Source: an uncultured Dehalococcoidales bacterium (lineage in GTDB: Bacteria > Chloroflexota > Dehalococcoidia > GIF9 > AB-539-J10). From it: a stretch of 42,195 nucleotides of DNA. The notes under the pieces were generated by a model. It was not told the DNA's origin and ran no database searches. It saw nothing but the letters and a program-made list of their open reading frames with translations. The stretch spans positions 1 through 42,195 of the forward strand of contig CAZKHH010000004.1 of assembly GCA_964552485.1 (NCBI GenBank), read 5' to 3'. Shown in pieces: positions 1 through 10,115 of this stretch; within the stretch, counting starts at the first letter, position 1, and the number at the start of each line of letters is the position of its first letter. Both the position numbers and the translations under genes were made by a program.

Positions 1-1
1 A

Positions 2-1123
2 CGGGAGAAGCCCGATGTGCGGATTGCGGTAACGGGCTGTTTCACAGCGCTTGGACAGGAGCAACTGCGGCACCGCCATCCACACGTCGACCTCTTCTTC
101 GGCCCCGGCGATTACGAGAGTCTCGCCGAATGGCTGGACAAGACAGTGGACCGGGACCTCGCGCAGAGAGGCGCGGAAGGCTGCCTCCCCGGCATCGATT
201 CCGACCTCCGGCCCGGTGTCTCGGCCTACGTGCCTGTCATGCAGGGGTGCAATAACTTCTGCACGTACTGCATCGTTCCCTACACACGAGGTCGTGAGGT
301 CAGCCGCACACCGGACGAGATTGAGGCCGATGTACGCGGGCTCGTTTCGCAGGGCGCCAGAGAGATAGTTCTTCTGGGCCAGAATGTCGATTCATACGGG
401 CACGATCTGCCCGGCCATCCCGACCTCGCTTCCGTCCTCGAAAGGCTTGAGACCGTGGACGGACTTCTTCGCACCCGTTTTCTCACCAACCATCCCAAGG
501 ATATGACTAGAAGGCTGATTCATACAATGTCGGCGCTGGACAAAGTGTGCGAACACCTTGACCTGGCACTTCAATCGGGTGACAATGCACTTCTCTGCGC
601 AATGGGGCGAGGATACACGGTCGAGGAGTTCACGGAGCTTGTCGCTGATATCAGACGAGCCATGCCGTCAGTCTCGATAAGCACAGACATAATCGTCGGG
701 TTCCCCGGCGAAACTCCGGAGCAATTCGAAAACACATGCGAAACCCTGCACCGTCTGCGTTTCGACGTAGTACACGTCGCAGCGTACTCTCCCCGACCCG
801 GGACGGTCGCCGCGAGAAAACTCAAGGATGACGTTTCGGCAGAGGCCAAGGGTGAGCGTCTTCACCGCATCGAGCGTCTGCAGGAAGAAGTCGCGGGAGA
901 AATCAACGCGCGTCTCGTCGAAACCACGGTCGAAGTGCTGGTGGAGGGACAGCGCAGAGGAAAGTGGTACGGCCGAACGCGCACGGATAAACTCGTCTTT
1001 TTCGAGGCAGAACAGGACACGACCGGACAGATGGTGCACGTCTTCATCGACCGCTCGAGCCCCTGGGCACTGCAGGGCCATCTCGTTTACAATACTGAGG
1101 TTACGATAAGGAGGACTCACTAA
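2..1123 (+). CDS. miaB: tRNA-2-methylthio-N6-dimethylallyladenosine synthase MiaB (5'-truncated at window edge)
   Basis: VTGC end of the UPF0004 domain, radical SAM motif GCNNFCTYCIVP, LLGQNV, STDIIVGFPGET, YSPRPGT and a C-terminal TRAM domain. The frame is open back to position 2. Confidence 0.92.
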   Translation, partial: REKPDVRIAVTGCFTALGQEQLRHRHPHVDLFFGPGDYESLAEWLDKTVDRDLAQRGAEGCLPGIDSDLRPGVSAYVPVMQGCNNFCTYCIVPYTRGREVSRTPDEIEADVRGLVSQGAREIVLLGQNVDSYGHDLPGHPDLASVLERLETVDGLLRTRFLTNHPKDMTRRLIHTMSALDKVCEHLDLALQSGDNALLCAMGRGYTVEEFTELVADIRRAMPSVSISTDIIVGFPGETPEQFENTCETLHRLRFDVVHVAAYSPRPGTVAARKLKDDVSAEAKGERLHRIERLQEEVAGEINARLVETTVEVLVEGQRRGKWYGRTRTDKLVFFEAEQDTTGQMVHVFIDRSSPWALQGHLVYNTEVTIRRTH

Positions 1124-1125
1124 CA

Positions 1126-1404
1126 ATGAGCCAAGAACTTGCCGGTCTTCTCCCGCTGATACTCTTCTTCATCCTCATGTTCGGGGCGATGTACTTCTTC
1201 ACCATCCGCCCGCAACGGAAGCGCCAGAAGGAACAAGAAGAGATGCTGATGAGCCTTAAGAAGGGCTCAAAGGTCATCACGAGTGGCGGAGTCTATGGAG
1301 TCGTCGACCTGATCGACGACACGAGTGTGGTACTCAAGACAGACTCGGGCGCCCTCATCAGATTCGCCAAGGTCAGCATCGTCGCTCGCCAGCCCAACAC
1401 GTAG
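1126..1404 (+). CDS. yajC: Preprotein translocase subunit YajC
   Basis: One N-terminal TM, then YFFTIRPQRKRQKE...LKKGSKVITSGGVYG. AAGGAGG SD lies upstream, inside the miaB 3' end. Confidence 0.95.
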   Translation: MSQELAGLLPLILFFILMFGAMYFFTIRPQRKRQKEQEEMLMSLKKGSKVITSGGVYGVVDLIDDTSVVLKTDSGALIRFAKVSIVARQPNT

Positions 1405-1419
1405 CGCGGGCGATAGAGG

Positions 1420-2922
1420 CTATACGTACTTGTCGGAAGACATCTGCTCGGCAATGTAACCGATGAACTCGTCCGCCTTCTCTGAAGGAGGACGGGTGAC
1501 CAGACTTACGGTCACAAATACCGCCACGCACAGCAGGAGTCCCCACACGCCCGGCCACCATCCGAGAGGCCGCAGGCCCGTCACTTGAAGTACAAGGACG
1601 AGTAGCGCCCCGGACACAATGCTCGCTATCGAAGCTGCAGCCGTGGCCCGCTTCCAGAAGAATGCTCCAAAGATGCTCGGCACAACCATAAGGAGGCCTG
1701 CCGAAGCCGCTGCGGACAGAGGGGCAATCATGAAATCGATTCCGGTCCGCGCCGACGCCTGCCACGCGAACAGCAGGGCGATTACCGCCATAATCGGTAT
1801 CACCCATTGACCCACCTTTAATTCCTGGCTCTCGCTCGCCTTCGGGTTTATGACGCCTTTGTAGACATCTCGCGCCCACACAGAAGATAGTGTGAGCAGA
1901 ATCGAGTCGATGGTGGAAACGGCTGCCGCAACTATACCGACCATCGCTACCAGCGCGAGGGCTGTGGGAATGAAGGGCAGCGCAAGCAGTGCAGGCGTGG
2001 CGGTATCGGGATCTGACAGGCCCGGCACAAGCAGCACCGCGGCGAAGCCCCACAGAACCGCGATGAGGGTGTAGAGAAATCCGAATACGAGGAACCCGCC
2101 GAGCATCTGTTTCATAGCCCTGACCGACGAGGGAATGAAGAACCTCTGACTTACCTGCGGGTTGGAGAGAGAGAAGAAGAACCAGGGCAGCGCGAGACCG
2201 ATGAACATGTTGATGCCCCAGAGGCCTGAACCCGAGGGTATGGTGAGCAAACCAGAATGCTCGCTCTCAAAACGAGAGATGAATTCTCCAACCCCCCCAA
2301 TCTCTCTGAAAACAATCACCAGCAGAATCGACGCGCTGATGAACATGACAAGAGCCTGAAACGCATCGGTCCAGGCGATAGAACGGAGTCCGGCGATACG
2401 CGACCACGCAATGGCTATGACGGTGGCAACCAGAATGCCGAGGAAGACAGGAATACCCCCCTGACTCAGGCCGCTCAGGAGAAGACCTATGCCAAGTAGT
2501 TGCGCCGCGCTGTAGGGCACAAGGAACACAAGTGCAAGGACCGCCGCCACCGCGCCCACCGTCTTGCTCTGATACCTGTCGGCCAGCATATCCATCGGCG
2601 TGATATAGCCGTAACGCTTGCCCACGAACCAGAAGCGGGGAAGAAAGAACACCGCAAGGAACAGACCGCACAGGTACGTCATCTCGAATCCGAGAGCTCC
2701 TACGCCGCCCACGTAGCTCAACCCCGCAAGGCCCACGAGCATGAACGCACTGTATGTTGTGGCACTGTAGGTGAGTGCGGCCACGAAGCCGCCGACCCTG
2801 CGGTCGGCCAGGAAAAACTCACTCATACCGATGCCGACGTGTTTCCGTGCGGCAAGAGCAATCGCGAACCCAAGCACCACATAGATACCTACCGCGAGCC
2901 ATGCCAACGATGCGCCGCTCAA
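1420..2922 (-). CDS. Sodium:solute symporter (SSS/PanF-PutP family)
   Basis: About 13 TMs with EFFLADRRVGG, ATTYSAFMLVG, GLRSIAWTDAFQ and AAAVSTIDS motifs. Start reassigned to TTG at 2922, which overlaps the upstream TGA and follows a GAGGTGG SD. Confidence 0.9.
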   Translation of the reverse strand: MSGASLAWLAVGIYVVLGFAIALAARKHVGIGMSEFFLADRRVGGFVAALTYSATTYSAFMLVGLAGLSYVGGVGALGFEMTYLCGLFLAVFFLPRFWFVGKRYGYITPMDMLADRYQSKTVGAVAAVLALVFLVPYSAAQLLGIGLLLSGLSQGGIPVFLGILVATVIAIAWSRIAGLRSIAWTDAFQALVMFISASILLVIVFREIGGVGEFISRFESEHSGLLTIPSGSGLWGINMFIGLALPWFFFSLSNPQVSQRFFIPSSVRAMKQMLGGFLVFGFLYTLIAVLWGFAAVLLVPGLSDPDTATPALLALPFIPTALALVAMVGIVAAAVSTIDSILLTLSSVWARDVYKGVINPKASESQELKVGQWVIPIMAVIALLFAWQASARTGIDFMIAPLSAAASAGLLMVVPSIFGAFFWKRATAAASIASIVSGALLVLVLQVTGLRPLGWWPGVWGLLLCVAVFVTVSLVTRPPSEKADEFIGYIAEQMSSDKYV

Positions 2923-3101
2923 GCCGACCACCTCGTGAACACAAGGAACATGCTGGCGACCGCGACAACGGTCCACACCACCCAGAATAGAAACGGTCCC
3001 GTGAATGTGCCGTTCTGGCCGATGATCTGCCACGGCACAATAAGGTCGGCCGCGATAAGCAGGCCAAGCCACACCCAGACGAGCTTGCTCTTCATACTCA
3101 T
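2919..3101 (-). CDS. Small two-TM membrane protein, probable accessory subunit of the SSS symporter (DUF3311/DUF997-like)
   Basis: 60 aa with two hydrophobic helices. Its stop overlaps the symporter start (TTGA), a common layout for SSS accessory proteins. Confidence 0.75.
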   Translation of the reverse strand: MSMKSKLVWVWLGLLIAADLIVPWQIIGQNGTFTGPFLFWVVWTVVAVASMFLVFTRWSA

Positions 3102-3107
3102 TTCGCG

Positions 3108-3116
3108 ATTATACCA
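3108..3116 (-). promoter_or_regulatory. Extended -10 promoter (TGG-TATAAT) for a probably leaderless transcript
   Basis: The minus strand reads TGGTATAAT-CGCGAA-ATG, with the ATG at 3101 and no SD. Confidence 0.65.
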
Positions 3117-3141
3117 GCGTCCTTTCTATCAGTTCTCGGCC

Positions 3142-3591
3142 TCATTTCCTGACCCGACTATCAAGTAACACCGTCACAGGCCCATCGTTCTGAATTGCGA
3201 CCTGCATGTATTGCTGAAAGGTGCCGGTCTGCACAGAAACCCCGCGCCCCACGAGTGACTCGACGAACCGCTCATACAGAGGCAGCGCCTCTCCCGGAGG
3301 AGCCGCTTCTATGAAGCTCGGGCGACGTCCCTTTCTCGTATCGGCCATGAGAGTAAACTGACTGACCGCGAGCACCGCCCCGCGGATATCCAGTACCGAG
3401 AGGTCGAACTCGACTTCTTCACGCCGGAACACGCGTAGCCCTGCCACCTTCTGGGCCATGTAATCGGCATCCTCACGTGTATCCTCTCGCCCGACGCCCA
3501 GGAACACAACGAGCCCGTTTCCGATAGAACCTACGACTTCGCCGTCAACCGAGACGGATGCATGCACGACACGCTGTACAAGAGCTTTCAT
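3142..3591 (-). CDS. dtd: D-aminoacyl-tRNA deacylase
   Basis: MKALVQRV start, SQFTL, KGRRPSF and NDGPVT motifs; 149 aa from the ATG at 3591. Confidence 0.96.
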   Translation of the reverse strand: MKALVQRVVHASVSVDGEVVGSIGNGLVVFLGVGREDTREDADYMAQKVAGLRVFRREEVEFDLSVLDIRGAVLAVSQFTLMADTRKGRRPSFIEAAPPGEALPLYERFVESLVGRGVSVQTGTFQQYMQVAIQNDGPVTVLLDSRVRK

Positions 3592-3605
3592 GATAGAGGG
3601 CCGCC

Positions 3606-3634
3606 ATTGTAGGGACACGCGATGATCAAGTCAA
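3606..3634 (-). promoter_or_regulatory. Sigma70-type promoter of dtd
   Basis: TTGACT-17 nt-TACAAT on the minus strand, 14 nt before the ATG. Confidence 0.65.
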
Positions 3635-3669
3635 CGAAGTACACCCTGTTGATACCGTCGCGTGGTAAA

Positions 3670-3699
3670 TTGAGCAGACGCCCTCGCAGCTTCTATAAT
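3670..3699 (+). promoter_or_regulatory. Sigma70-type promoter of the radical SAM gene
   Basis: TTGAGC-18 nt-TATAAT, 11 nt before the GTG at 3711. Confidence 0.55.
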
Positions 3700-3710
3700 C
3701 TCTATATACA

Positions 3711-5519
3711 GTGAATTTCCCTGACTGCGCTTTTCACCACGTCGCTCGGCCTGCACGGTACGCGGGCCATGAATGGAACAGCATCCTCAAGGACTGGGAC
3801 AAGGCCTCACTTCGTATTGCACTGTGCTATCCCGACGCGTACGAAGTCGGCGCATCGAACCTCGCCCTTCCCGTGCTTTACGAGATTCTGAACTCGCGCC
3901 CGGACATCATCGCGGAGAGGGTGTTCGCACCGTGGGTGGATATGGAGCAGGTCCTCCGCGAGTCAGGCCGGAAGCTGTTTTCGCTCGAATCGCGTCACGA
4001 GCTTCGCGACTTCGATGTCATCGCGTTCTCCCTTGGTTACGAACTCACGTATACAAACGTGCTGACTGTACTGGACCTCGGCGGAATACCAGTACACCGG
4101 AAGGACCGCTCCAACGCGCATCCGCTTGTGCTTGCGGGCGGTGGGTGCGCTGCCAATCCCGAGCCCATGTCTGACTTCGTTGACATGTTCTTTGTCGGAG
4201 AGGCCGAGGAGGCACTGAATGATCTGGCCGACGTGCTGCTGCACTTCAAACATGACAAAGAGGCCCTGCACACAGCCTGTGCCCGAATCGAAGGGATCTA
4301 CATTCCTGCGCTGTACGAGCCCTGCTATAGTGGCCAAGGCGCCTTTCAGTCGCTTGCACCGGTTGCTGATGCCCCGCCAACTGTTGCCCGGCGCATCGCT
4401 CGCGCACTGCCGCCTCCGCCTACGCGCCCAATCGTGCCCTTTATCGAGGCTGTTCATGACTTCGGCAGCATCGAGATTCAGCGAGGATGCTCCCGCGGCT
4501 GCCGCTTCTGCCAGGCGGGGATGGTATACCGTCCATCGCGAACACGCCCCCGTGCGCAAATCGTAGCCGCCTGCGAAGAGCTCACGCGCAATTGTGGCTA
4601 CAGCGAATTGTCTCTTCTATCACTCAGCACAAGCGACTATCCGGAGATTGAGGAGCTTGTGACAGACCTGCTGCCTCTCTGCCGCCGCAATAACATGTCC
4701 CTTTCACTTCCGAGCCTGCGGGCAGGTCCGCAGTCGGTCCGGCTACTTGAGATGCTTCCAGGTAGACGAAGCACGTCATTTACATTTGCTCCCGAAGCCG
4801 GCACTGAGCGTTTGAGACAGGCCATCAACAAGAACATCTCGGAAGAAGACGTGTTCTCAACTCTTGACTCCCTCCTTCAAGGGGGCTGGACCAAATTGAA
4901 GCTCTACTTCATGATAGGCCTCCCCACGGAGACCATTGAAGATGTGGAAGGTATCGCCGACCTCTGCCGCCGAATCGCCCGGGAGCAGCAGCTTGCCAGT
5001 CTCCACACAAATGTATCTCTGCTGGTGCCGAAGGCTCACACACCCTTCCAGTGGGACTGCCAGGACGATGAACCGACCGTAAAGGCAAAGGTTGATATTC
5101 TGAAGCGAGGTCTCCGGTCCGGAAAGATAAGGCTGTCATGGCCTGAGTACGGCTCGTCACAGGTAGAGGCAGCTCTGTCTCGCGGCGACCGGCGCGTCGG
5201 TGCAGCTATCTACAGGGCATGGAAACTGGGCTGCAGGTTCGATGCGTGGTCCGAGCACTTCTCCTACGAGAAATGGCTGCAGGCATTTGAGGACTGTGAT
5301 CTTTCGATAGCCGACTATGCCGGCAGGGGACGATCTCTTGATGAGCCCTTGCCCTGGTCACACATCGCTACGGGGGTCTCACAGGAGTATCTCAAGAGAG
5401 AGCGCTCCCGGACTGTTTCGGGGGAGCCAACTCTGGACTGCAGGACGGAGATGTGTAATGGCTGTGGTCTCCAGGGATGGGAAGCGAGCTGTGCACCGAC
5501 CGATTCAGGCAACGGGTAG
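3711..5519 (+). CDS. B12-binding-domain radical SAM protein (TIGR03960-like family)
   Basis: PARYAGHEWNS, YPDAYEVGASNL, RGCSRGCRFCQAG, FAPEAGTERLR, YFMIGLPTET, KAHTPFQW and a C-terminal DCR..CNGCG Cys cluster. Confidence 0.88.
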   Translation: MNFPDCAFHHVARPARYAGHEWNSILKDWDKASLRIALCYPDAYEVGASNLALPVLYEILNSRPDIIAERVFAPWVDMEQVLRESGRKLFSLESRHELRDFDVIAFSLGYELTYTNVLTVLDLGGIPVHRKDRSNAHPLVLAGGGCAANPEPMSDFVDMFFVGEAEEALNDLADVLLHFKHDKEALHTACARIEGIYIPALYEPCYSGQGAFQSLAPVADAPPTVARRIARALPPPPTRPIVPFIEAVHDFGSIEIQRGCSRGCRFCQAGMVYRPSRTRPRAQIVAACEELTRNCGYSELSLLSLSTSDYPEIEELVTDLLPLCRRNNMSLSLPSLRAGPQSVRLLEMLPGRRSTSFTFAPEAGTERLRQAINKNISEEDVFSTLDSLLQGGWTKLKLYFMIGLPTETIEDVEGIADLCRRIAREQQLASLHTNVSLLVPKAHTPFQWDCQDDEPTVKAKVDILKRGLRSGKIRLSWPEYGSSQVEAALSRGDRRVGAAIYRAWKLGCRFDAWSEHFSYEKWLQAFEDCDLSIADYAGRGRSLDEPLPWSHIATGVSQEYLKRERSRTVSGEPTLDCRTEMCNGCGLQGWEASCAPTDSGNG

Positions 5520-6248
5520 TGCACGGAGGAACTCATCCACCGCCTGATTCGTCTCTTCAGGTTTCTCGGCGAAGAAATAGTGCGTGCCCCCATCGATCAC
5601 CACTTGCCGCGCACCCGCAATATGCTCCGCCAGATACGCGCCGTACTTGGGCGGCGTAAGAATATCATCGCTCCCTGAAAGGACGAGCGTGGGCGTGGAT
5701 ATCTCGTGCAGCCTGTCCATCACGTTGAACCGGTCGCAGCACAGGAAGTCGTTCAGCTGAACCTCTGCACCCACCTGGCTGGTCTCTTCCAATAATTGCT
5801 CGCGAAGGCCTTTATCGATGCCGGAGTAGCGCACTCCCCAGTCGCCGACTACGCCAACAACAAACCGCAATTGAGGCTCAACGAAATCTCGAAGCCATGG
5901 ATCGGGTTCGTCAATACCTTTCTCGAGTGCTTCCAGCACATACGGCGCGACGCGGAGTTTGGCTCCGGTCCCGAACAGGAGCAGCCCACCGGTATCACCA
6001 GGATAATCCAGCGCGTATTGCAGCGCGATTGCGCCACCAAGAGAGTGTCCGCCAATGATGGGGGCGGAGTATCCTTTCCGCTCCACCCACCCGTGCAACC
6101 ACGCCGCGTAGTCCTCAACGCTTGTACACATCTGGCCCGGCGCCATGTGACCGGCGAGGTTGACGGCATCGACCTCCGGAAACCGTTCCACCTGATGTCT
6201 CCAGATTGTTCCTGTATTGCCGGACCCGTGCACGAGGATGAGTTCCAT
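5505..6248 (-). CDS. Alpha/beta fold hydrolase
   Basis: HG oxyanion motif, GHSLGG nucleophile elbow, GSDD acid and GTHY His. GGAGG SD upstream. Overlaps the convergent radical SAM gene by 15 nt. Confidence 0.88.
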   Translation of the reverse strand: MELILVHGSGNTGTIWRHQVERFPEVDAVNLAGHMAPGQMCTSVEDYAAWLHGWVERKGYSAPIIGGHSLGGAIALQYALDYPGDTGGLLLFGTGAKLRVAPYVLEALEKGIDEPDPWLRDFVEPQLRFVVGVVGDWGVRYSGIDKGLREQLLEETSQVGAEVQLNDFLCCDRFNVMDRLHEISTPTLVLSGSDDILTPPKYGAYLAEHIAGARQVVIDGGTHYFFAEKPEETNQAVDEFLRALPVA

Positions 6249-6287
6249 GCGCTATTCCTCCCCCGGTATGTCGTCGCAACCTGCCCG

Positions 6288-8726
6288 CTATTCGACGGCA
6301 AGTTCGACGTCGCCCGTAGCCGCCACAGACACAACTGTTTCTTCTTCGCCGAGGCTCATGACCCGTACACCCCGCGCATTCCGGCTCTGTACGGATATCT
6401 GTTCCATCGGGATGACAACGACGTTTCCTGCCGACGACAGAAGCACGAGTGAGCCCTGCGGAGGCACGAGCCGAGCGATCGACAGTTTGCCGGTCTCAAA
6501 GCCTACCCTGTGAACGCGCAGGCCCTTGCCTCCCCTCTTGTGCACGGGGATGGCCGTCACTCGCGTCAGTTTGCCATAGCCTTTCTGTGTGACGGTGAGC
6601 AGGTAGACATCGATGGACACCCTGTCCATTCCAACTATCTGGTCTCCCGCCAGCCTGAGGCCTCTCACTCCTCCGCTGCTCCTGGAAGCAGTGCGGAGCT
6701 CTTCGACCTTGAAGCGATTCGCAAGTCCGTTCTGGCTCACCAGAACCACTTCATCCTGATTGGCTGCCACCTGTGCTGAGACAAGTTGGTCTTCATTTCG
6801 CAGATTGATGGCGATGACACCGGAGCGCCTGATGGTCGCGAACTGCTCAAGAGGTGTCTTTTTCACGACCCCTTTCCTGCTTGCCATTACCATGAACTGC
6901 CCCGTTGAGAATCGCGGAACAGATAGAAGGGCCGTGATCTCATCCTTGAGTCCGACGGGAATCACATTCACGAGGGCTGTACCCTTGGCCGTACGGGAAG
7001 ACTCCTCGGGAAGCTGGTAGCATTTCACACTGTATACACGCCCGCGCCCTGTGAAGAACAGAATGCTGTCATGAGTGTCTGCAGACAGCACGTGCTGGAC
7101 CGAGTCACCTTCACGAGTGACCATTCCCATGACTCCGCGGCCACCACGATGCTGCACGCGGTATGTACTTGCAGGCAAGCGCTTGATGAAGCCGCCCGCC
7201 GTAAGAGTCACTATCATCTTCTGATGAGGAATGAGGTCTTCACGGGTGAATTCCGTCGCTTCTTCTTCACGAATCTCAGTCCTGCGAGGGTCCGCGTATT
7301 TGTCCTTCAACTGGGCCACGTCGGACCGGATAAGATGCAGGATCTTCTTCGGGTTTGCCAGTAGATCCTCAAGGTAGTTAATCGTCTTGAGCAGCTCCGC
7401 ATGTTCCTGGGCGATCTTCTCACGCTCGAGATGTGCCAGTCTCCGAAGAGGCATATCGAGTATCGCCTGCGCCTGTTCATGGGACAGGCCAAATCTATTC
7501 ATCAACCCATCGCGCGCGGCCTCTACAGTCTCGGATGCCCTGATAAGCGCAATGACCTCATCGAGGTTATCCAGCGCAATCTGGAGGCCTTCCAGGATGT
7601 GTGCCCGCTTGGCAGCTTTGTCGAGTTCGTATCTTGAGCGCCGTGTGATTACCTCAGTCCGGAAATCGATATATGAAGTCAGCGCCTCCTTGAGGTCGAT
7701 GGTCTTGGGTTTGCCGTCGACGAGCGCCACCATGTTGATGTAGAAGGTGGACTGCAGCGCGGTGTTGCGATACAGATTGTTCAGTATCCTTCCAACCTGA
7801 GCTTCCTTCTTGAGGTCAATAGCAACACGAAGGCCTTCGCGGTCTGACTCGTCCCTGACCTCCTGGATACCGGTCAGCTTCTTGTCTTTCACCAGTTGAG
7901 CTATGCGCTCGATAAGCGCGGCTTTGTTCACCTGGTAAGGCAGTTCAGTAATCAGTATCTGGTGTTTGCCACCCTTGGTCTCAGTCTCTTCCAGCTTCGC
8001 ACGAAGCACCACTTTCCCTCTACCGGTCGAGTACGCGCTGCGTATACCCTCGGTGCCGAGAATGATGGCGCGTGTCGGGAAATCAGGCCCTCGCACGAAT
8101 TGCCCCAGGTCCTCGTTTGTAGCCATCGGGTTGTCGATCAGATGGGCAATTGCATCGCACACTTCACCCAGGTTGTGCGGAGGGATGTTCGTGGCCATAC
8201 CGACGGCGATTCCTGATGCGCCATTGATGAGCAGGTGGGGTAAGCGGGCGGGAAGAACGGACGGCTCCTTGAGTGAATCGTCGAAGTTAGGAACGAAATC
8301 GACCGTGTCTTTGTCAAGATCGACAAGCATCTCTTCAGCAATCGGTGCCAGCCGTGCTTCGGTGTATCGCATCGCTGCCGGAGGATCGTTGTCTACACTT
8401 CCGAAGTTCCCCTGGCCGTCAACCAACACGTGTCGCAGTGAGAATTCCTGCGCCATGCGGACCATGGCTTCATAGACAGGCTGGTCCCCATGAGGATGGT
8501 ATTTTCCGAGCACGTCACCGACAATCCTCGCACTCTTCTTGTACGACGAATTCGGTCGTAGCCCGAGTTCGTTCATGCCGTACAGCACCCGGCGTTGCAC
8601 TGGTTTGAGGCCGTCACGCGCGTCGGGAAGAGCGCGTGCGACGATGACACTCATCGCGTAGTCGAGATACGAACGCCGCATCTCTTGTTCGATGTCGATA
8701 GGCTTGATCAGCCCGATGTTGGTCAT
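6288..8726 (-). CDS. gyrA: DNA gyrase subunit A
   Basis: [33 protein letters not shown], catalytic AAMRYTE, and a GyrA-box (QHRGGRG) in the C-terminal pinwheel. Confidence 0.97.
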   Translation of the reverse strand: MTNIGLIKPIDIEQEMRRSYLDYAMSVIVARALPDARDGLKPVQRRVLYGMNELGLRPNSSYKKSARIVGDVLGKYHPHGDQPVYEAMVRMAQEFSLRHVLVDGQGNFGSVDNDPPAAMRYTEARLAPIAEEMLVDLDKDTVDFVPNFDDSLKEPSVLPARLPHLLINGASGIAVGMATNIPPHNLGEVCDAIAHLIDNPMATNEDLGQFVRGPDFPTRAIILGTEGIRSAYSTGRGKVVLRAKLEETETKGGKHQILITELPYQVNKAALIERIAQLVKDKKLTGIQEVRDESDREGLRVAIDLKKEAQVGRILNNLYRNTALQSTFYINMVALVDGKPKTIDLKEALTSYIDFRTEVITRRSRYELDKAAKRAHILEGLQIALDNLDEVIALIRASETVEAARDGLMNRFGLSHEQAQAILDMPLRRLAHLEREKIAQEHAELLKTINYLEDLLANPKKILHLIRSDVAQLKDKYADPRRTEIREEEATEFTREDLIPHQKMIVTLTAGGFIKRLPASTYRVQHRGGRGVMGMVTREGDSVQHVLSADTHDSILFFTGRGRVYSVKCYQLPEESSRTAKGTALVNVIPVGLKDEITALLSVPRFSTGQFMVMASRKGVVKKTPLEQFATIRRSGVIAINLRNEDQLVSAQVAANQDEVVLVSQNGLANRFKVEELRTASRSSGGVRGLRLAGDQIVGMDRVSIDVYLLTVTQKGYGKLTRVTAIPVHKRGGKGLRVHRVGFETGKLSIARLVPPQGSLVLLSSAGNVVVIPMEQISVQSRNARGVRVMSLGEEETVVSVAATGDVELAVE

Positions 8727-9580
8727 TAGATGCCACCCTCTCTCTCGTCCGGCTCCTCAACCATTGTGAACCCTTCGTAATAGCCCTTATCGTCGTCGTC
8801 TGTGTACGTATCTTCGAAATCGGAGTCGCCCATTCCGTGAGAGGACACTATGATCTTTCTGCCCTCGTCAATTATCGGCGGCGTCTCCACGGGGTTCATA
8901 TGTCCGGGATGCCCGTAGAGCTTGTCTGCTTGAGTCGGCGGAAACGATTGCCGGCCGGCCTGGCCCGGGTGTTGGTAGTCCTCTCGCACGAGCAGTTGAG
9001 TTCCAGCCTCTCCTGTCGCAAGGACTGTGGCGCTGTACCGGTTGCCTCCCAGCATCAGCTTCGCAAGCCTTGTGCCGTGCTTCGGGTCCAACTCACCGAG
9101 AGTCTCGCCTCTCTCGTCTTCAGCGAATACTTGTTGACCTCGCCTCATAAGCCGTACGCTACCCCCAACGCCTATCGCGTATATCCTGTCGAGCCGCGAG
9201 ATATTGGTCAAGGCGACTATCCCCGTCTTGCCCACAGTGGAGGAAAAGAAATCCTTGCCAAGCGGACGGGCCTTGTCCGGCTCAAGCTGGTCTATTCCAG
9301 CCCAACTGTTGAGTCGTTCAAGATTCTTTGAGGCGATGCTGTTTCCCTTGTCGACTGCGAGCGCCTGCTCGTATGCGGTCCTTGCCTCGGAAAAGAGTCC
9401 CAACTCGATATATGCGCGGCCCAATCGATTGAAGGCCGCAACATCATCGGGAAACCGCTCGACAATTGCCTTGTTCGCAGCAATCGCTTCTTCCCATCGT
9501 CCCTGCACAGCAAGAGCGATGGCTTCCTGCGAGAACTTGCGTCCCAGTTTCGTTCGATCTTCGTCCTGATGAAATGGCAC
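8726..9580 (-). CDS. TPR-repeat protein with a putative HIRAN-like C-terminal domain and acidic tail
   Basis: TPR helices ([33 protein letters not shown]), a beta-rich module and a D/E-rich tail. GTG start after an AGGAGG SD; the stop overlaps the gyrA ATG (TAATG). Confidence 0.8.
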   Translation of the reverse strand: MPFHQDEDRTKLGRKFSQEAIALAVQGRWEEAIAANKAIVERFPDDVAAFNRLGRAYIELGLFSEARTAYEQALAVDKGNSIASKNLERLNSWAGIDQLEPDKARPLGKDFFSSTVGKTGIVALTNISRLDRIYAIGVGGSVRLMRRGQQVFAEDERGETLGELDPKHGTRLAKLMLGGNRYSATVLATGEAGTQLLVREDYQHPGQAGRQSFPPTQADKLYGHPGHMNPVETPPIIDEGRKIIVSSHGMGDSDFEDTYTDDDDKGYYEGFTMVEEPDEREGGI

Positions 9581-9611
9581 GGCTATCCGGGCCTCCTAGT
9601 TTGTCTTTTCT

Positions 9612-10115
9612 TTAAGTGCCTTCGCTCTGTTGCTCTTGGAACTCGACTTCGAAGGCCTCGTGCAGGGCGCGAGCAGCTTCCTGCACCCGTTCTTCAGCGA
9701 TGATACATGTAATCCGGATTTCAGCCGTAGTGATCAATTGAATATTGATGTCGTGTTCAGACAGTGTGCTGAACATGCGTGCGGCGTAGCCCGGAGTGTT
9801 CTGCATTCCCGTCCCAATGATACTCACTTTTGCCAGTGTCTCATCGTGAGACACGTCTTTCGCACCTATGCTGCGTGCCACCGGCTCGACAATCGACAAC
9901 GCCTTGAGCACGTCGGCGCGCGATACCGTGAATGTCACATCCGTCACTCCGTTGACCGCCACATTCTGTACTATGGTGTCAACACTGATGTTGGCCTTGG
10001 CAAGTGGCTCAAACAGATCTCTGGCAATACCCGGATGATCAGGAGCCCCCCTAACGGTAATCTTCGCTACATTGGTGTCATGCGCGATGCCACTCACTTT
10101 GTTCTGCAGTTCCAT
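9612..10115 (-). CDS. Putative nested in-frame aspartate kinase beta subunit (ACT domains, 167 aa)
   Basis: An internal in-frame ATG (MELQNKVSGIA) follows TAAGGAG by 6 nt, at the kinase/ACT boundary. Confidence 0.6.
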   Translation of the reverse strand: MELQNKVSGIAHDTNVAKITVRGAPDHPGIARDLFEPLAKANISVDTIVQNVAVNGVTDVTFTVSRADVLKALSIVEPVARSIGAKDVSHDETLAKVSIIGTGMQNTPGYAARMFSTLSEHDINIQLITTAEIRITCIIAEERVQEAARALHEAFEVEFQEQQSEGT

